Positions 9,814 through 19,143 of a stretch of DNA of 64,000 nucleotides are shown here, piece after piece. A program made the translations under genes and the position numbers. A model generated the notes under the pieces. The model saw nothing but the letters and a program-made list of their open reading frames with translations. It was not told the DNA's origin and ran no database searches. Each line of letters starts with the position of its first letter. Within the stretch, counting starts at the first letter, position 1. The stretch covers positions 2,432,001 through 2,496,000 of the forward strand of contig OY761556.1 of the NCBI GenBank assembly GCA_963664705.1, read 5' to 3'. The DNA comes from Acidobacteriota bacterium. Lineage in GTDB: Bacteria > Acidobacteriota > UBA6911.

Positions 9814-9848
9814 CGTCTCCTCCATTACTCAACGGAAAACATGGAATT

Positions 9849-11198
9849 CTAGTCCGCCTTCGGTGTTCTCCGCGTTTTCAAATCTTTCGACAGATAACCC
9901 CAGCGCAGTTCCTCTTCCTGCGCATATGTCTTTCCCAGTTTTATGGCAATCGATGCTTTCTGGAGTTCCCTGCCCAGGTAAAAGGCATGGGCTCCATCCA
10001 CCTCTCCCAACTCTCTGAAAATGGAGTCAATCTCAATCCCTTTTACAAACAGCTCTCGATTGAAAACATAAATGAACTCGCGATCAGTGAATATACGAAA
10101 GTGGCGGTCCTTGATGTTCGACTGCATTGAACGCAGTTCATCCTCTCGAAAGCTCTCAAAAGACGGATCCTTAACCGTAAGTAATCCATCGTTCAAGTGC
10201 TTGGGCAGAACGCGGTTCATTTGAGCATAGTGCATCAGACGCCGGGCATGATCCAGCTCACACACTGCTCCGCGCGCCCAATGCCCGACTTCCGTCGTCA
10301 GCACATAATCAATACCCAGTTCTGCAACGATACCCGCGATCAGAGCATTCATTCCGGTTGTGTCGGCATCCGTCAATTCGGTGATATTCCCGGCACCCAG
10401 GAGCATTTCGGATTTCGGATATTTCCGCCGGATGGAAGCAAAGCTTTCAATGGATTCGGTAAAACCGAAACAAACCGGCTTCAAAATCGGGTCAATGATG
10501 TATGGAACGCGCCAGGATTCCAGCTTTGCGATATTGGCCGACAGCGATTCCAGCTCGCTCGCTTCGTCCGGAATAACAACCACCTTGCAGTGCAGATGGC
10601 GCGCGACATCAATATTCCTCGAGTTAACGCTCAAAACAAAATCCACGCCGGCGCGATCGGCACTCAGGATATCGTCCGGATTGAAGGAATCGATGCTGAC
10701 AGCATAGCCTGCCTGCTTCAAAGCCCGCACCGTTATCTCGATTTCGGGGAAAGAGCCGCTGACCGGGCATCCCAGGTCGATAATGTCCGCGCCGCTCGCC
10801 CGGTAATAGCTCGCGCGATTTAGAATCTCCTCCAGGGTCATGCGATGCGCATCCACAATTTCAGCCAGGATCTTCGCATGATATTCGCCGTAGCCCTCCA
10901 GTCTTTGGGAGGCGCCAAAATAGCCTGGGATATCCTTCAGGCTTTTGGGGCCCCGGATGACCTCCGCACCGGTCTTCTGCTCAACCAGAGCCAGATCCCC
11001 CTCGCAGGAACCGGGAATCATGATCCTGTCGCATCCGTTGCTTCCGCTTATATGTTTTGAGATGAAACGGGTATCCATGAGCGCGGCCACCGAAATCGGC
11101 ATGACAGACACATCGTATTCAAGGGCTTGTATCCCCTGCAAACAGTCGCGCAAAGACTGTTCTGCCAGTTTTCCCGTTATAAACAGGTACCGAGGCAT
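9849..11198 (-). CDS. Dihydropteroate synthase-like protein (Orf20/MptH type)
   Basis: LFITGKLAE N-domain, ILAEIVDA, GADIIDLG, GNITELTDADTTG and HAFYLGRELQKA...YAQEEELRWG C-domain. Confidence 0.88.
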   Translation of the reverse strand: MPRYLFITGKLAEQSLRDCLQGIQALEYDVSVMPISVAALMDTRFISKHISGSNGCDRIMIPGSCEGDLALVEQKTGAEVIRGPKSLKDIPGYFGASQRLEGYGEYHAKILAEIVDAHRMTLEEILNRASYYRASGADIIDLGCPVSGSFPEIEITVRALKQAGYAVSIDSFNPDDILSADRAGVDFVLSVNSRNIDVARHLHCKVVVIPDEASELESLSANIAKLESWRVPYIIDPILKPVCFGFTESIESFASIRRKYPKSEMLLGAGNITELTDADTTGMNALIAGIVAELGIDYVLTTEVGHWARGAVCELDHARRLMHYAQMNRVLPKHLNDGLLTVKDPSFESFREDELRSMQSNIKDRHFRIFTDREFIYVFNRELFVKGIEIDSIFRELGEVDGAHAFYLGRELQKASIAIKLGKTYAQEEELRWGYLSKDLKTRRTPKAD

Positions 11199-11248
11199 TT
11201 GGCTCCCCCTGCCATATCTAACTAATGTACCCGTTTGGCCATGATTTA

Positions 11249-11261
11249 CATATTGAAAAGG
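11249..11261 (-). promoter_or_regulatory. Candidate operator CCTTTTCAATATG (copy 2)
   Basis: Identical to 4605-4617; 51 bp upstream of the Orf20 ATG, with TACATT downstream on the minus strand. Confidence 0.4.
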
Positions 11262-11331
11262 AGGCCTCGTCGGCGTTTTGCTGTGATGGAATGATAGCGA
11301 ATGAGCGGAGGATTGAAGGAATCTCTGTCGG

Positions 11332-12372
11332 CTAGCCTGGCCGTGTTTTGATCATTGTATCCAGTGGGGAGTTACCCAGCAACAATCGGTAATGAATCCG
11401 GCCTTTGCTGTTCTCGAGCCTTTCGACGGTGCCGGTGGCGACTACAGCGTCGCCAATACAGGCCTGTTCGCAGAACCTGCCGCGAAATGAGACGATTTCA
11501 TCAATAGGGATTTCCGGGCCGTCCAGAATCTTGACGCCGGACACCCCATATCTGCAGGGAGTAAATATTGCATCCTGATCGTCAACTATACTGGCTTCAA
11601 TGGTAGCGCGCCCCATGGCCGAATATCGTATTTCTCCATAGTTTTCCTGGATCTCTTGAGGATCTTTGAGAAAACGGATGAAATAGGGGCGCGCACGAAA
11701 GCTGCCTTGACAGATCTTGTTTCTCTCGGATGCCACAAAGTCATCAAACGCCATCTGCGTATCCGGAGTGCGCTGCTCGTATAGCTCCGCAACACCAGCC
11801 GCGTCGAGCCGATTCCATTCCGGATCAGATCCCGACTGCAAAATGGATTGCAGAGCCTGATACACTTTTTGGCTGTTTTGCAGCCCAAAAACGGAGATAT
11901 CCAGGTCAGAGGAATCCCTATGCATGTCGATAAGAATCGATCCCGAAATTCCAATCGCGGAGGACGGAACACCGGATCTTGTCTGAAGTGACTTAATGAA
12001 ATCGGCAGCATCGGTCAAAACCGGATGAGATTGTTGCTCAGAGCATAATTCGACGGCGCGTGTGCGCGGATCATACACTCGCCCAATCAGGGTTCGGGGC
12101 ACGCTCTGCAGAGTGGTCTGAAAAACCGGATCGTGTTTGAGGTAATGCGGAAATTGCGACCGAAGCAGCTGTTCCTGTTCCGGGAAATGATAGAGCCGCC
12201 GATAAGCCATCCCGGATCTTACCCTGCTTCCATGATCCGCGTCCGGCACATAGCGAACGACGCCAATCACACGATCCGGAGGATGTACCAATCCTTTTAC
12301 GGCAAAGAAGAGACCTTCCCGCGTTTCCAGATAAAAGCTCTCAATAATGCCAAGTGCAGCAAGAGCATCCAC
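11332..12372 (-). CDS. Archaeal-type predicted nucleotidyltransferase (COG1665-like)
   Basis: Pol-beta motif GISGS...SDLDISVFG; N-terminal ETREGLFFAVKGLVHPPDRVIGVVRYVP; C-terminal FTPCRY and SFRGRFCEQA. Family assigned from recall. Confidence 0.7.
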   Translation of the reverse strand: MDALAALGIIESFYLETREGLFFAVKGLVHPPDRVIGVVRYVPDADHGSRVRSGMAYRRLYHFPEQEQLLRSQFPHYLKHDPVFQTTLQSVPRTLIGRVYDPRTRAVELCSEQQSHPVLTDAADFIKSLQTRSGVPSSAIGISGSILIDMHRDSSDLDISVFGLQNSQKVYQALQSILQSGSDPEWNRLDAAGVAELYEQRTPDTQMAFDDFVASERNKICQGSFRARPYFIRFLKDPQEIQENYGEIRYSAMGRATIEASIVDDQDAIFTPCRYGVSGVKILDGPEIPIDEIVSFRGRFCEQACIGDAVVATGTVERLENSKGRIHYRLLLGNSPLDTMIKTRPG

Positions 12373-12395
12373 AAGGGTGACCCCGGCAAACGCAA

Positions 12396-12453
12396 AAACG
12401 CCACAAATTGCAGGAATTTCAACTATCGGAAATTCATGCGATTCGTGGCGTTT
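12396..12453. terminator. Long imperfect inverted repeat (25-bp arms) after nuoM
   Basis: aaacgccacaaattgcaggaatttc / gaaattcatgcgattcgtggcgttt with an 8-nt loop. Confidence 0.55.
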
Positions 12454-12462
12454 CCGCTCTGC

Positions 12463-14040
12463 TTATCTAATATCCGCTGCCGGCGAACTCACCGAAGGCT
12501 TCTGAATATCGGCAACTTTTGCCTTGCTATAGTCGACGCGCACCCGCTCCACGATCGCGTTGACCGGTTCATCCAGGTATTTTGTAAAATACGTTGGATA
12601 GATTCCAATCCAGAACGACAGGATGATCAGCGGAACGAAGGTGACGATCTCCCTCAGGTTCAGATCCGGCAAAGCCTTATTCAACGGGTTTTCCAGTTTT
12701 CCAAACATCACGCGCTGGTACAACCAAAGCATATACGCGGCTCCCAGCACAATCCCGATCACAGCCAGGGCTGCATAGGGCCAGAGTCCAGGAGCAGCGA
12801 AGGTACCCTGAAGAATAAAGAATTCGCCGATGAATCCATTCAGCCCGGGCATGCCAATCGAGCTGAGAGTCATGATCAGGAAAATCGTGGCATAGACCGG
12901 CATAATATGGCTCAACCCACCGTAATCGGCGATCATACGGGTATGCCGTCTTTCATATACGATACCGACAATCAAGAAGAGCGCTCCGGTCGAAATACCG
13001 TGGTTCAGCATCTGCAGTACTCCGCCCTGCAGGGCAACCGGTGTTGCAGCAAACACGCCGAGCATCACAAAACCGAGGTGACTGACGGAGGAATATGCAA
13101 CCAACGATTTCATATCCTTCTGCATCATGGCTACCAGGCCGCCATAAATGATCCCGATCAGGGAAAGGATCAACATTGGCTTCAGGAAATGCATGGTTGC
13201 CCACGGGAACATCGGAAGGGAGAATCGAACGAATCCGTAGGTCCCCATCTTCAGCAAAACGCCGGCCAGGATCACGGAGCCAGCGGTCGGAGCTTCCACG
13301 TGTGCATCCGGCAACCAGGTGTGAAACGGAAACATCGGAACCTTGATTGCAAACCCCACGAAGAAGGCCAGGAAGACCCACCATTGAAGACCGGTCGGAA
13401 AACCCAGTTTTTGGAAATTAATGATGTCGAACGAATAGATGCCGCTGACATCGTGTTGATAAAAATAAATCGCCAGGATTCCAACCAGCATCAACACAGA
13501 ACCAGCCAGCGTATACAGGAAGAACTTGATGGCGGCATAGAGTTTTCGCGGACCGCCCCATACTCCGATCAGGAAGTACATGGGGACCAGCATCACTTCC
13601 CAGAACACATAAAAGACCAGGAAGTCCAGGGACATGAAAACACCCAGCATGCCGGTCTGCAGCAGGAGCATAAAGGCATAATATTCTTTCACTCTGTCCT
13701 TGATAGCGGTCCATGATGAAAGAATGGCAATGAACCCCAGAAGCGTTGTCAACATGATGAGCAGCATGCTGATGCCATCAATCCCGATTTTATAATTCGC
13801 TCCGATCAACGGGATCCATGAGTGCTCATAGTTGAACCTGAATCCATTGGATCCGATATACCGCGGATTGTTGAACAAAGTCAGGAGCGGGATGGAAATG
13901 AGAAAACCGATGAAAGCGGTGATGTTTGCGACCCATCTGATCGCATTCCCATTATCCCGCTTGATGAACATAATCAGAATCATCCCGACCAGCGGAAGAT
14001 AGCAGACAATGTTCAAAATGTTGTTCATGAAGAAGTCCAT
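12463..14040 (-). CDS. nuoM: NADH-quinone oxidoreductase subunit M
   Basis: GIDGISM, FWEVMLVPMYFLIG, KVPMFPFHTWLPDAHVEAP, LLKMGTYG, AYSSVSHLG. Confidence 0.95.
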   Translation of the reverse strand: MDFFMNNILNIVCYLPLVGMILIMFIKRDNGNAIRWVANITAFIGFLISIPLLTLFNNPRYIGSNGFRFNYEHSWIPLIGANYKIGIDGISMLLIMLTTLLGFIAILSSWTAIKDRVKEYYAFMLLLQTGMLGVFMSLDFLVFYVFWEVMLVPMYFLIGVWGGPRKLYAAIKFFLYTLAGSVLMLVGILAIYFYQHDVSGIYSFDIINFQKLGFPTGLQWWVFLAFFVGFAIKVPMFPFHTWLPDAHVEAPTAGSVILAGVLLKMGTYGFVRFSLPMFPWATMHFLKPMLILSLIGIIYGGLVAMMQKDMKSLVAYSSVSHLGFVMLGVFAATPVALQGGVLQMLNHGISTGALFLIVGIVYERRHTRMIADYGGLSHIMPVYATIFLIMTLSSIGMPGLNGFIGEFFILQGTFAAPGLWPYAALAVIGIVLGAAYMLWLYQRVMFGKLENPLNKALPDLNLREIVTFVPLIILSFWIGIYPTYFTKYLDEPVNAIVERVRVDYSKAKVADIQKPSVSSPAADIR

Positions 14041-14109
14041 TGCGTTCCAATTCCCTTTCGATTCGAGATCAGAGAAGAAAACCCAAATCCAAAATCTCGT
14101 TCGTCGAAC

Positions 14110-16194
14110 CTAGTAAAAGGTCACCCATTGTTTCCAGAAGCCGGGGTTTAACAAACCGTTATGGTAAATCAGGACGAAAACTACAATACCCAGAACGGCT
14201 ACAAGCACATAGCGCTGCACCAGCCCCGTCTGAAACGATGTAACAATGCGATTTAAACCCATATTTATCCAGCCAATCAGATTCACCAAACCGTCGACAA
14301 CGTATTTGTCAAAAAGCCTGGAGAGGCTGGAAGCGCCGCGCGTGGTTGCGGCCGTTCCGTTCACCGCGCCGTCTACGAATTTCGAGTCCACCCAGAAAAA
14401 TGCTCTTCCCAGGTCTTTGGCACGGTTAACGAACAAAGCATCATAAAGCTCATCCACGTAATACTTGTGGAATACCAGATTGTAGAATCCTTTGATTCTT
14501 TCTGTGACCCGATCCGCCAATCCCGGCTTGGAAATATAGAACCGGTAGGCCAGGGAAATTCCCGTAACAGCAATAGCCACCGAAAGCAGGGTAAACAGCA
14601 ATTCCTGGCTTGCGTGATGAGCCACCGGCTCAGCGTTTTCGGGGAGCCGAAGTACCGGTTCAAGAAAATGTTCAAACCGATTTGAGAGTCCGGTCCATCC
14701 CGGGAAACCGACCAGGCCGCCTATGGTGGAGAGCACGGCAAGCGCAGCCAGCGGATATACGACGCGCTTCGGAGATTCATGGAGGTGATGTTTCGTGTGC
14801 TCATCCATTCTCTCCTCTCCCCAGAACGTCAGGAAAAGGAGCCGGAACATATAGAAGGCCGTCATCCCGGCGCCGCACCAAAGCAGGAACCAGATGACCG
14901 GATGGCCATTGCTCCATGCCTTCCAGAGTATCTCGTCTTTGCTGAAGAATCCTGCAAAAGGAGGAATGCCGGCGATGGCAATAGTGCCGACAAACATGGT
15001 CCGGTAGGTCCATGGCAGGTGCTTTCTAAGCCCGCCCATCTTCATCATATCCTGCTCATGATGCATGGCCATAATTACGGATCCGGATCCAAGGAAGAGG
15101 AGCGCCTTGAAAAATGCATGGGTCATCAGATGGAACACGCCGCCCACGAAAGCGCCCACACCCAAAGCCGCAAACATATATCCAAGCTGGCTAACGGTGG
15201 AGTAGGCGAGCACGCGCTTGATATCCGTCTGGGTAAATCCGATCGTGGCCGCGAAGATGGCCGTCAGCGAACCGACAACAGCAACAATCACCAGGGTTTC
15301 CGGAGCACGGCTGTAAAGCGCATTGCTGCGGCAGACCATGTAGACACCGGCAGTCACCATCGTGGCGGCATGGATGAGAGCAGAAACAGGAGTCGGCCCT
15401 TCCATCGCATCCGGCAACCACACATACAATGGTATCTGCGCGCTTTTTCCGCAGGCACCAACAAAGAAACAGAGGGTCGCCCAAAAGAGGAATGTGTGCC
15501 CGGTTTGGACCGGGAGTTCTGCCGCCCTGCTGAAGACCTCTTCAAACCGAAGCGAGCCGAAATGGACAAAGACGAGCATCATACCCAGGATAAAGCCGGC
15601 ATCGCCGATCCTGTTTACAACGAATGCTTTCTTCCCTGCATCGCCGGCACTCTTTTTGTCGAAATAAAAGCCGATCAGCAGATACGAACATAGACCTACG
15701 CCCTCCCACCCGACAAACATCATCACATAGTTGTTTGCGAGTATCAGGGTCAACATCGCAAACATGAACAGATTCAAATAGGCAAAGAAACGATAGTATC
15801 CGCTATCGTCCCACATATATCCCGTGGAATAGATGTGGATCAGAAAGCCTACTCCTGTAACGACGAGCACCATGATTGAGGACAGTGCATCAAGCTGAAA
15901 TCCCCAGGGCACCTCGAAGTTGGCCATGCCGCCATTGGCTAGCGGGAGAGCTCCGCCGCGAAACCACGTACACAGGTCTCTGGTAAAGAGCTCTTTGTGT
16001 TCAACGCCGAAGAGCTGGTACACAAGCAGAAGGCTCAGGATAAAGGCCAGACCAACGGAAGCCAGGGCAATGAACGACACAATCCTTTTGTCGAGCTTAT
16101 TGCCGCCGCTCCGCACTTTGGCAAGCCCCAGAAGACCTATCAGAGCACTGCCGGTAAACGGTAAAATCGGTATCAACCAGATATAGTTCAACAT
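14110..16194 (-). CDS. nuoL: NADH-quinone oxidoreductase subunit L
   Basis: GWEGVGLCSYLLIGF, GKSAQIPLYVWLPDAMEGPTPVSALIHAATMV, THAFFKALLFLGSG. Confidence 0.95.
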   Translation of the reverse strand: MLNYIWLIPILPFTGSALIGLLGLAKVRSGGNKLDKRIVSFIALASVGLAFILSLLLVYQLFGVEHKELFTRDLCTWFRGGALPLANGGMANFEVPWGFQLDALSSIMVLVVTGVGFLIHIYSTGYMWDDSGYYRFFAYLNLFMFAMLTLILANNYVMMFVGWEGVGLCSYLLIGFYFDKKSAGDAGKKAFVVNRIGDAGFILGMMLVFVHFGSLRFEEVFSRAAELPVQTGHTFLFWATLCFFVGACGKSAQIPLYVWLPDAMEGPTPVSALIHAATMVTAGVYMVCRSNALYSRAPETLVIVAVVGSLTAIFAATIGFTQTDIKRVLAYSTVSQLGYMFAALGVGAFVGGVFHLMTHAFFKALLFLGSGSVIMAMHHEQDMMKMGGLRKHLPWTYRTMFVGTIAIAGIPPFAGFFSKDEILWKAWSNGHPVIWFLLWCGAGMTAFYMFRLLFLTFWGEERMDEHTKHHLHESPKRVVYPLAALAVLSTIGGLVGFPGWTGLSNRFEHFLEPVLRLPENAEPVAHHASQELLFTLLSVAIAVTGISLAYRFYISKPGLADRVTERIKGFYNLVFHKYYVDELYDALFVNRAKDLGRAFFWVDSKFVDGAVNGTAATTRGASSLSRLFDKYVVDGLVNLIGWINMGLNRIVTSFQTGLVQRYVLVAVLGIVVFVLIYHNGLLNPGFWKQWVTFY

Positions 16195-16291
16195 AGCGTA
16201 TGTCTTGGTGAATTTGCGAGCTCTGCTATTACCCGAACCTCAGCCCCTATTGCTGTGGATAGATTCCGGCAGGTCTCTTAACAAACCGTAT

Positions 16292-16343
16292 ATAGTAACA
16301 CTCGAATCAGCAACTAGTAACACAGGAAACAAGAATAAGTCAA
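16292..16343 (-). promoter_or_regulatory. Probable nuoLM promoter with tandem GTGTTACTA elements
   Basis: Minus strand reads TTGACT...GTGTTACTAG...GTGTTACTAT; a 9-bp direct repeat at 22-bp spacing, each resembling an extended -10. Confidence 0.45.
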
Positions 16344-16401
16344 TTGCTCAATCCTGGGGATAAACTCCTGGCGAGGCAAATGAGGAAGGCATTAAAAAGC
16401 C

Positions 16402-17034
16402 CTAATGGCGCTCCTTAAGCCGGATTTCCTGAATCAAAAGATCTCGATAGATGGCTTCAGCCTGGTCCCTTGTCTGCTTAAGCGTTCCGGATGTATCGAT
16501 TGTGTAGTCCGCCAGCTTCAGCTTTTCCTCGATCGGCATTTGCGAATCCATGCGGGCGCGGGCCTCTCTCTCGCTAAGCTGGTCGCGACTCATCAGCCGA
16601 ACCAGCTGAAGAGAAGGATCGCAGGTGACCACAATCAATCGGTCGTATATCTTATACCCTCCTGTTTCAATCATCAGCGCGGCATCAACAATAACAATTC
16701 CACGCGAAAATGTCTGCTCCAGTTCGAAGATTTCATGAAGAATTGCCGCCCCCACATCGTGATGAGTCAGCTGATTGAGCAGCTTTCGTTTTTCTTCGTC
16801 GAAAAACACGATTCGACCCAGTTTTTTACGGTCGATCTCGCCTCCGACACCAAGGATCTGTTCTCCAAATGTGTCGACGATCCCCTGGTAGGTTTTGGTC
16901 CCCGGGCACAGCAGGTTATGCGCAACAATATCCGCATCGATAACGTGCGCCCCCATCTCCGCAAAAAGCAAAGACGTATGGCTTTTCCCTGAGGCGATAT
17001 TCCCCGTAAGGCCAACATGCAACATGGCCGACAT
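16402..17034 (-). CDS. coaE: Dephospho-CoA kinase
   Basis: VGLTGNIASGKS, VIDADIVAH, IDRKKLG, SQMPIEEK. Confidence 0.95.
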   Translation of the reverse strand: MSAMLHVGLTGNIASGKSHTSLLFAEMGAHVIDADIVAHNLLCPGTKTYQGIVDTFGEQILGVGGEIDRKKLGRIVFFDEEKRKLLNQLTHHDVGAAILHEIFELEQTFSRGIVIVDAALMIETGGYKIYDRLIVVTCDPSLQLVRLMSRDQLSEREARARMDSQMPIEEKLKLADYTIDTSGTLKQTRDQAEAIYRDLLIQEIRLKERH

Positions 17035-17129
17035 AATAGCACAGCCAGAGGATTGACTCCCCTCTCATAAATCGGATAGTTTGACAGTTCAACTCGGGGG
17101 GCAGCAAACCATTCTGATGGAGACTAGTC

Positions 17130-18077
17130 ATGCGAGTGCTCATCACCGGCGGCGCAGGGTTTATTGCTTATCATCTGGCTTCGGCATTGCTTCGAAACAA
17201 GGCCGATGTTGTCCTGCTCGACAATTTCAACACCTTCTACAATCCGGAACTCAAAAGAAAAAACGTGCGGGATCTGCAGTCTCAGGGAACGGTGCCGCTG
17301 CATGAGGTTGATATTCTCGATCGAGAAAGCCTTCAGGCGGTATTTCACGCCATGCGTCCAGAGGTGGTGGTTCATCTTGCCGCCTGGGCGGGTGTGCGCC
17401 CATCCCTTGAAAAACCAGCCCTGTATTCAGATGTAAACGTCACCGGAACCGTCAACCTGCTTGAGATGGCAAAGGAATATTCCACGCGGTGTTTTATTTT
17501 CGGTTCTTCATCATCGGTGTATGGAGGAAACACCAAGGTTCCATTTTCCGAAGAGGACCTGGTCGACAGACCGGTATCGCCATATGCGGCGACCAAGAAA
17601 GCGGGAGAACTCCTTTGCCACACGTATGCTCACAATTTTGGGATGCACATCACCTGCCTTCGTTTCTTCACGGTGTATGGCCCCAGGCAACGCCCGGAGA
17701 TGGCAATTCACAAGTTTGCCCAGCTAATGGCGGCCGGGAAGGAAATCCCAGTCTTCGGATCGGGGGAATCGCGCCGGGACTACACCTATGTCGAAGACAT
17801 CGTATCCGGAATCCTCGGTTCAATTGAAGCAAATCTCCCGTACGAAATCCTCAACCTTGGGGAATCCCAAACCATTACCCTTATTGAAATGATCCGTCAC
17901 CTGGAGGACGCTCTGAGTCTGAAGGCTCAATTGCGCTTGCTGCCCAATCAGGCGGGAGATATGGAAATCACGTATGCAGACATTGCCAGGGCTCGAAGGA
18001 TGATCGGGTATGCCCCCCAGAAGCCCTTCAAAGAAGGTATTCGTCTATTTGCGGACTGGTTCCAGCACAATGCGTGA
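17130..18077 (+). CDS. NAD-dependent epimerase (UDP-glucuronate 4-epimerase-like)
   Basis: TGGAGFI, HLAAWAGVRPS, SSSSVYG, YAATKK, LRFFTVYGPRQRP. Confidence 0.9.
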   Translation: MRVLITGGAGFIAYHLASALLRNKADVVLLDNFNTFYNPELKRKNVRDLQSQGTVPLHEVDILDRESLQAVFHAMRPEVVVHLAAWAGVRPSLEKPALYSDVNVTGTVNLLEMAKEYSTRCFIFGSSSSVYGGNTKVPFSEEDLVDRPVSPYAATKKAGELLCHTYAHNFGMHITCLRFFTVYGPRQRPEMAIHKFAQLMAAGKEIPVFGSGESRRDYTYVEDIVSGILGSIEANLPYEILNLGESQTITLIEMIRHLEDALSLKAQLRLLPNQAGDMEITYADIARARRMIGYAPQKPFKEGIRLFADWFQHNA

Positions 18078-18164
18078 TTTCGCGGGCAGGCTTTCGGCGT
18101 AAGGGCGCGCTTGCTGCGAACCAGGCTATCGGCCGTAGCCTCGGCAAAGGCGACGATCGCCGTA

Positions 18165-19130
18165 TCACTCAAACTCTGCGATCACCACAGTACCGGAGAG
18201 TTCGTTAACGACATAGACGGTGTGGCCGTCAGGTCCAACCTTGATATCTGTGGGGCCTCGATCAACCGCAAAGGTTTCGGGATCCAGACTACTGAGATCG
18301 GTCGGCAGCATGGATACCATCCTGGCTTCACTATTGACCACAAATACCCTCTTCCCATCCTTGCTGATCGCCACCCCAAACGGTGACTTGCCAATCGGGA
18401 CTGTAACGATAACCTTCCGGGTTTGCGCATCGATAACAGAAAGGTCGTTGCTTTTACTGTTGGCGACGAATATCCGCTTCCCATCCGGCGTTATCGCAAT
18501 CCCATCAGGGGCATCTCCTACCGCGATTTTTTGCACGACCGACTTTCTGTCGGGATCAATGACCCAGACTTCATTGTTGCCGCCCATAATAACGTAAACC
18601 AGCTCCGTGGTGGGCGAGACCGCGATGGAGAATGGAGAGACCCCGACTTTCAGGCTTTGAATCAGCGTGCGCTCACGAATGTCGATAATGTAGACGGACC
18701 CTTCGCGTGACCGGCCATAGGCGGACACATAAGCCTGATACCCACGCGGGCTAACGGCCACGGAAGTGGGCTGCCCTCCAACATTGAGATCTCGCAGGAC
18801 CGTGAAGGTCTCCAGGTCCACAAACGTAACAGTGCCGGATTCCTTGCACGCAACCAGCGCCAGTTTCCCCTGGTCCGCGATTGCCAGCCCCAGGGGAGCC
18901 GCTCCCACGGTCACACTTCTCGTAACAAGCTTCTGCGCCAAATCGATTTCCAGCAATTCATCGGTGCCATAGGATGTTGCATACATCTTCTTTCCATCCG
19001 GACTCAGGGCGATAAAATTGGGAGAACGCCCTACCTTGCGCACCCGGGAGATTTTAGCTGCGCTGCCATAAAGCGGCAGAATGAAGAGCAGCGAAATTAT
19101 GACGACACAGATTCGGCGCAATCCCTTCAT
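18165..19130 (-). CDS. Exported YVTN/YncE-type beta-propeller protein
   Basis: Signal peptide and about 7 repeats of VGxxPxxIAxSPDGKxxYV. Confidence 0.85.
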   Translation of the reverse strand: MKGLRRICVVIISLLFILPLYGSAAKISRVRKVGRSPNFIALSPDGKKMYATSYGTDELLEIDLAQKLVTRSVTVGAAPLGLAIADQGKLALVACKESGTVTFVDLETFTVLRDLNVGGQPTSVAVSPRGYQAYVSAYGRSREGSVYIIDIRERTLIQSLKVGVSPFSIAVSPTTELVYVIMGGNNEVWVIDPDRKSVVQKIAVGDAPDGIAITPDGKRIFVANSKSNDLSVIDAQTRKVIVTVPIGKSPFGVAISKDGKRVFVVNSEARMVSMLPTDLSSLDPETFAVDRGPTDIKVGPDGHTVYVVNELSGTVVIAEFE

Positions 19131-19143
19131 ACGAGTTTCCTTG

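Noticed and set aside
12133-13716. 527-aa plus-strand ORF
   Set aside because: Antisense shadow of nuoM with no recognisable motifs.
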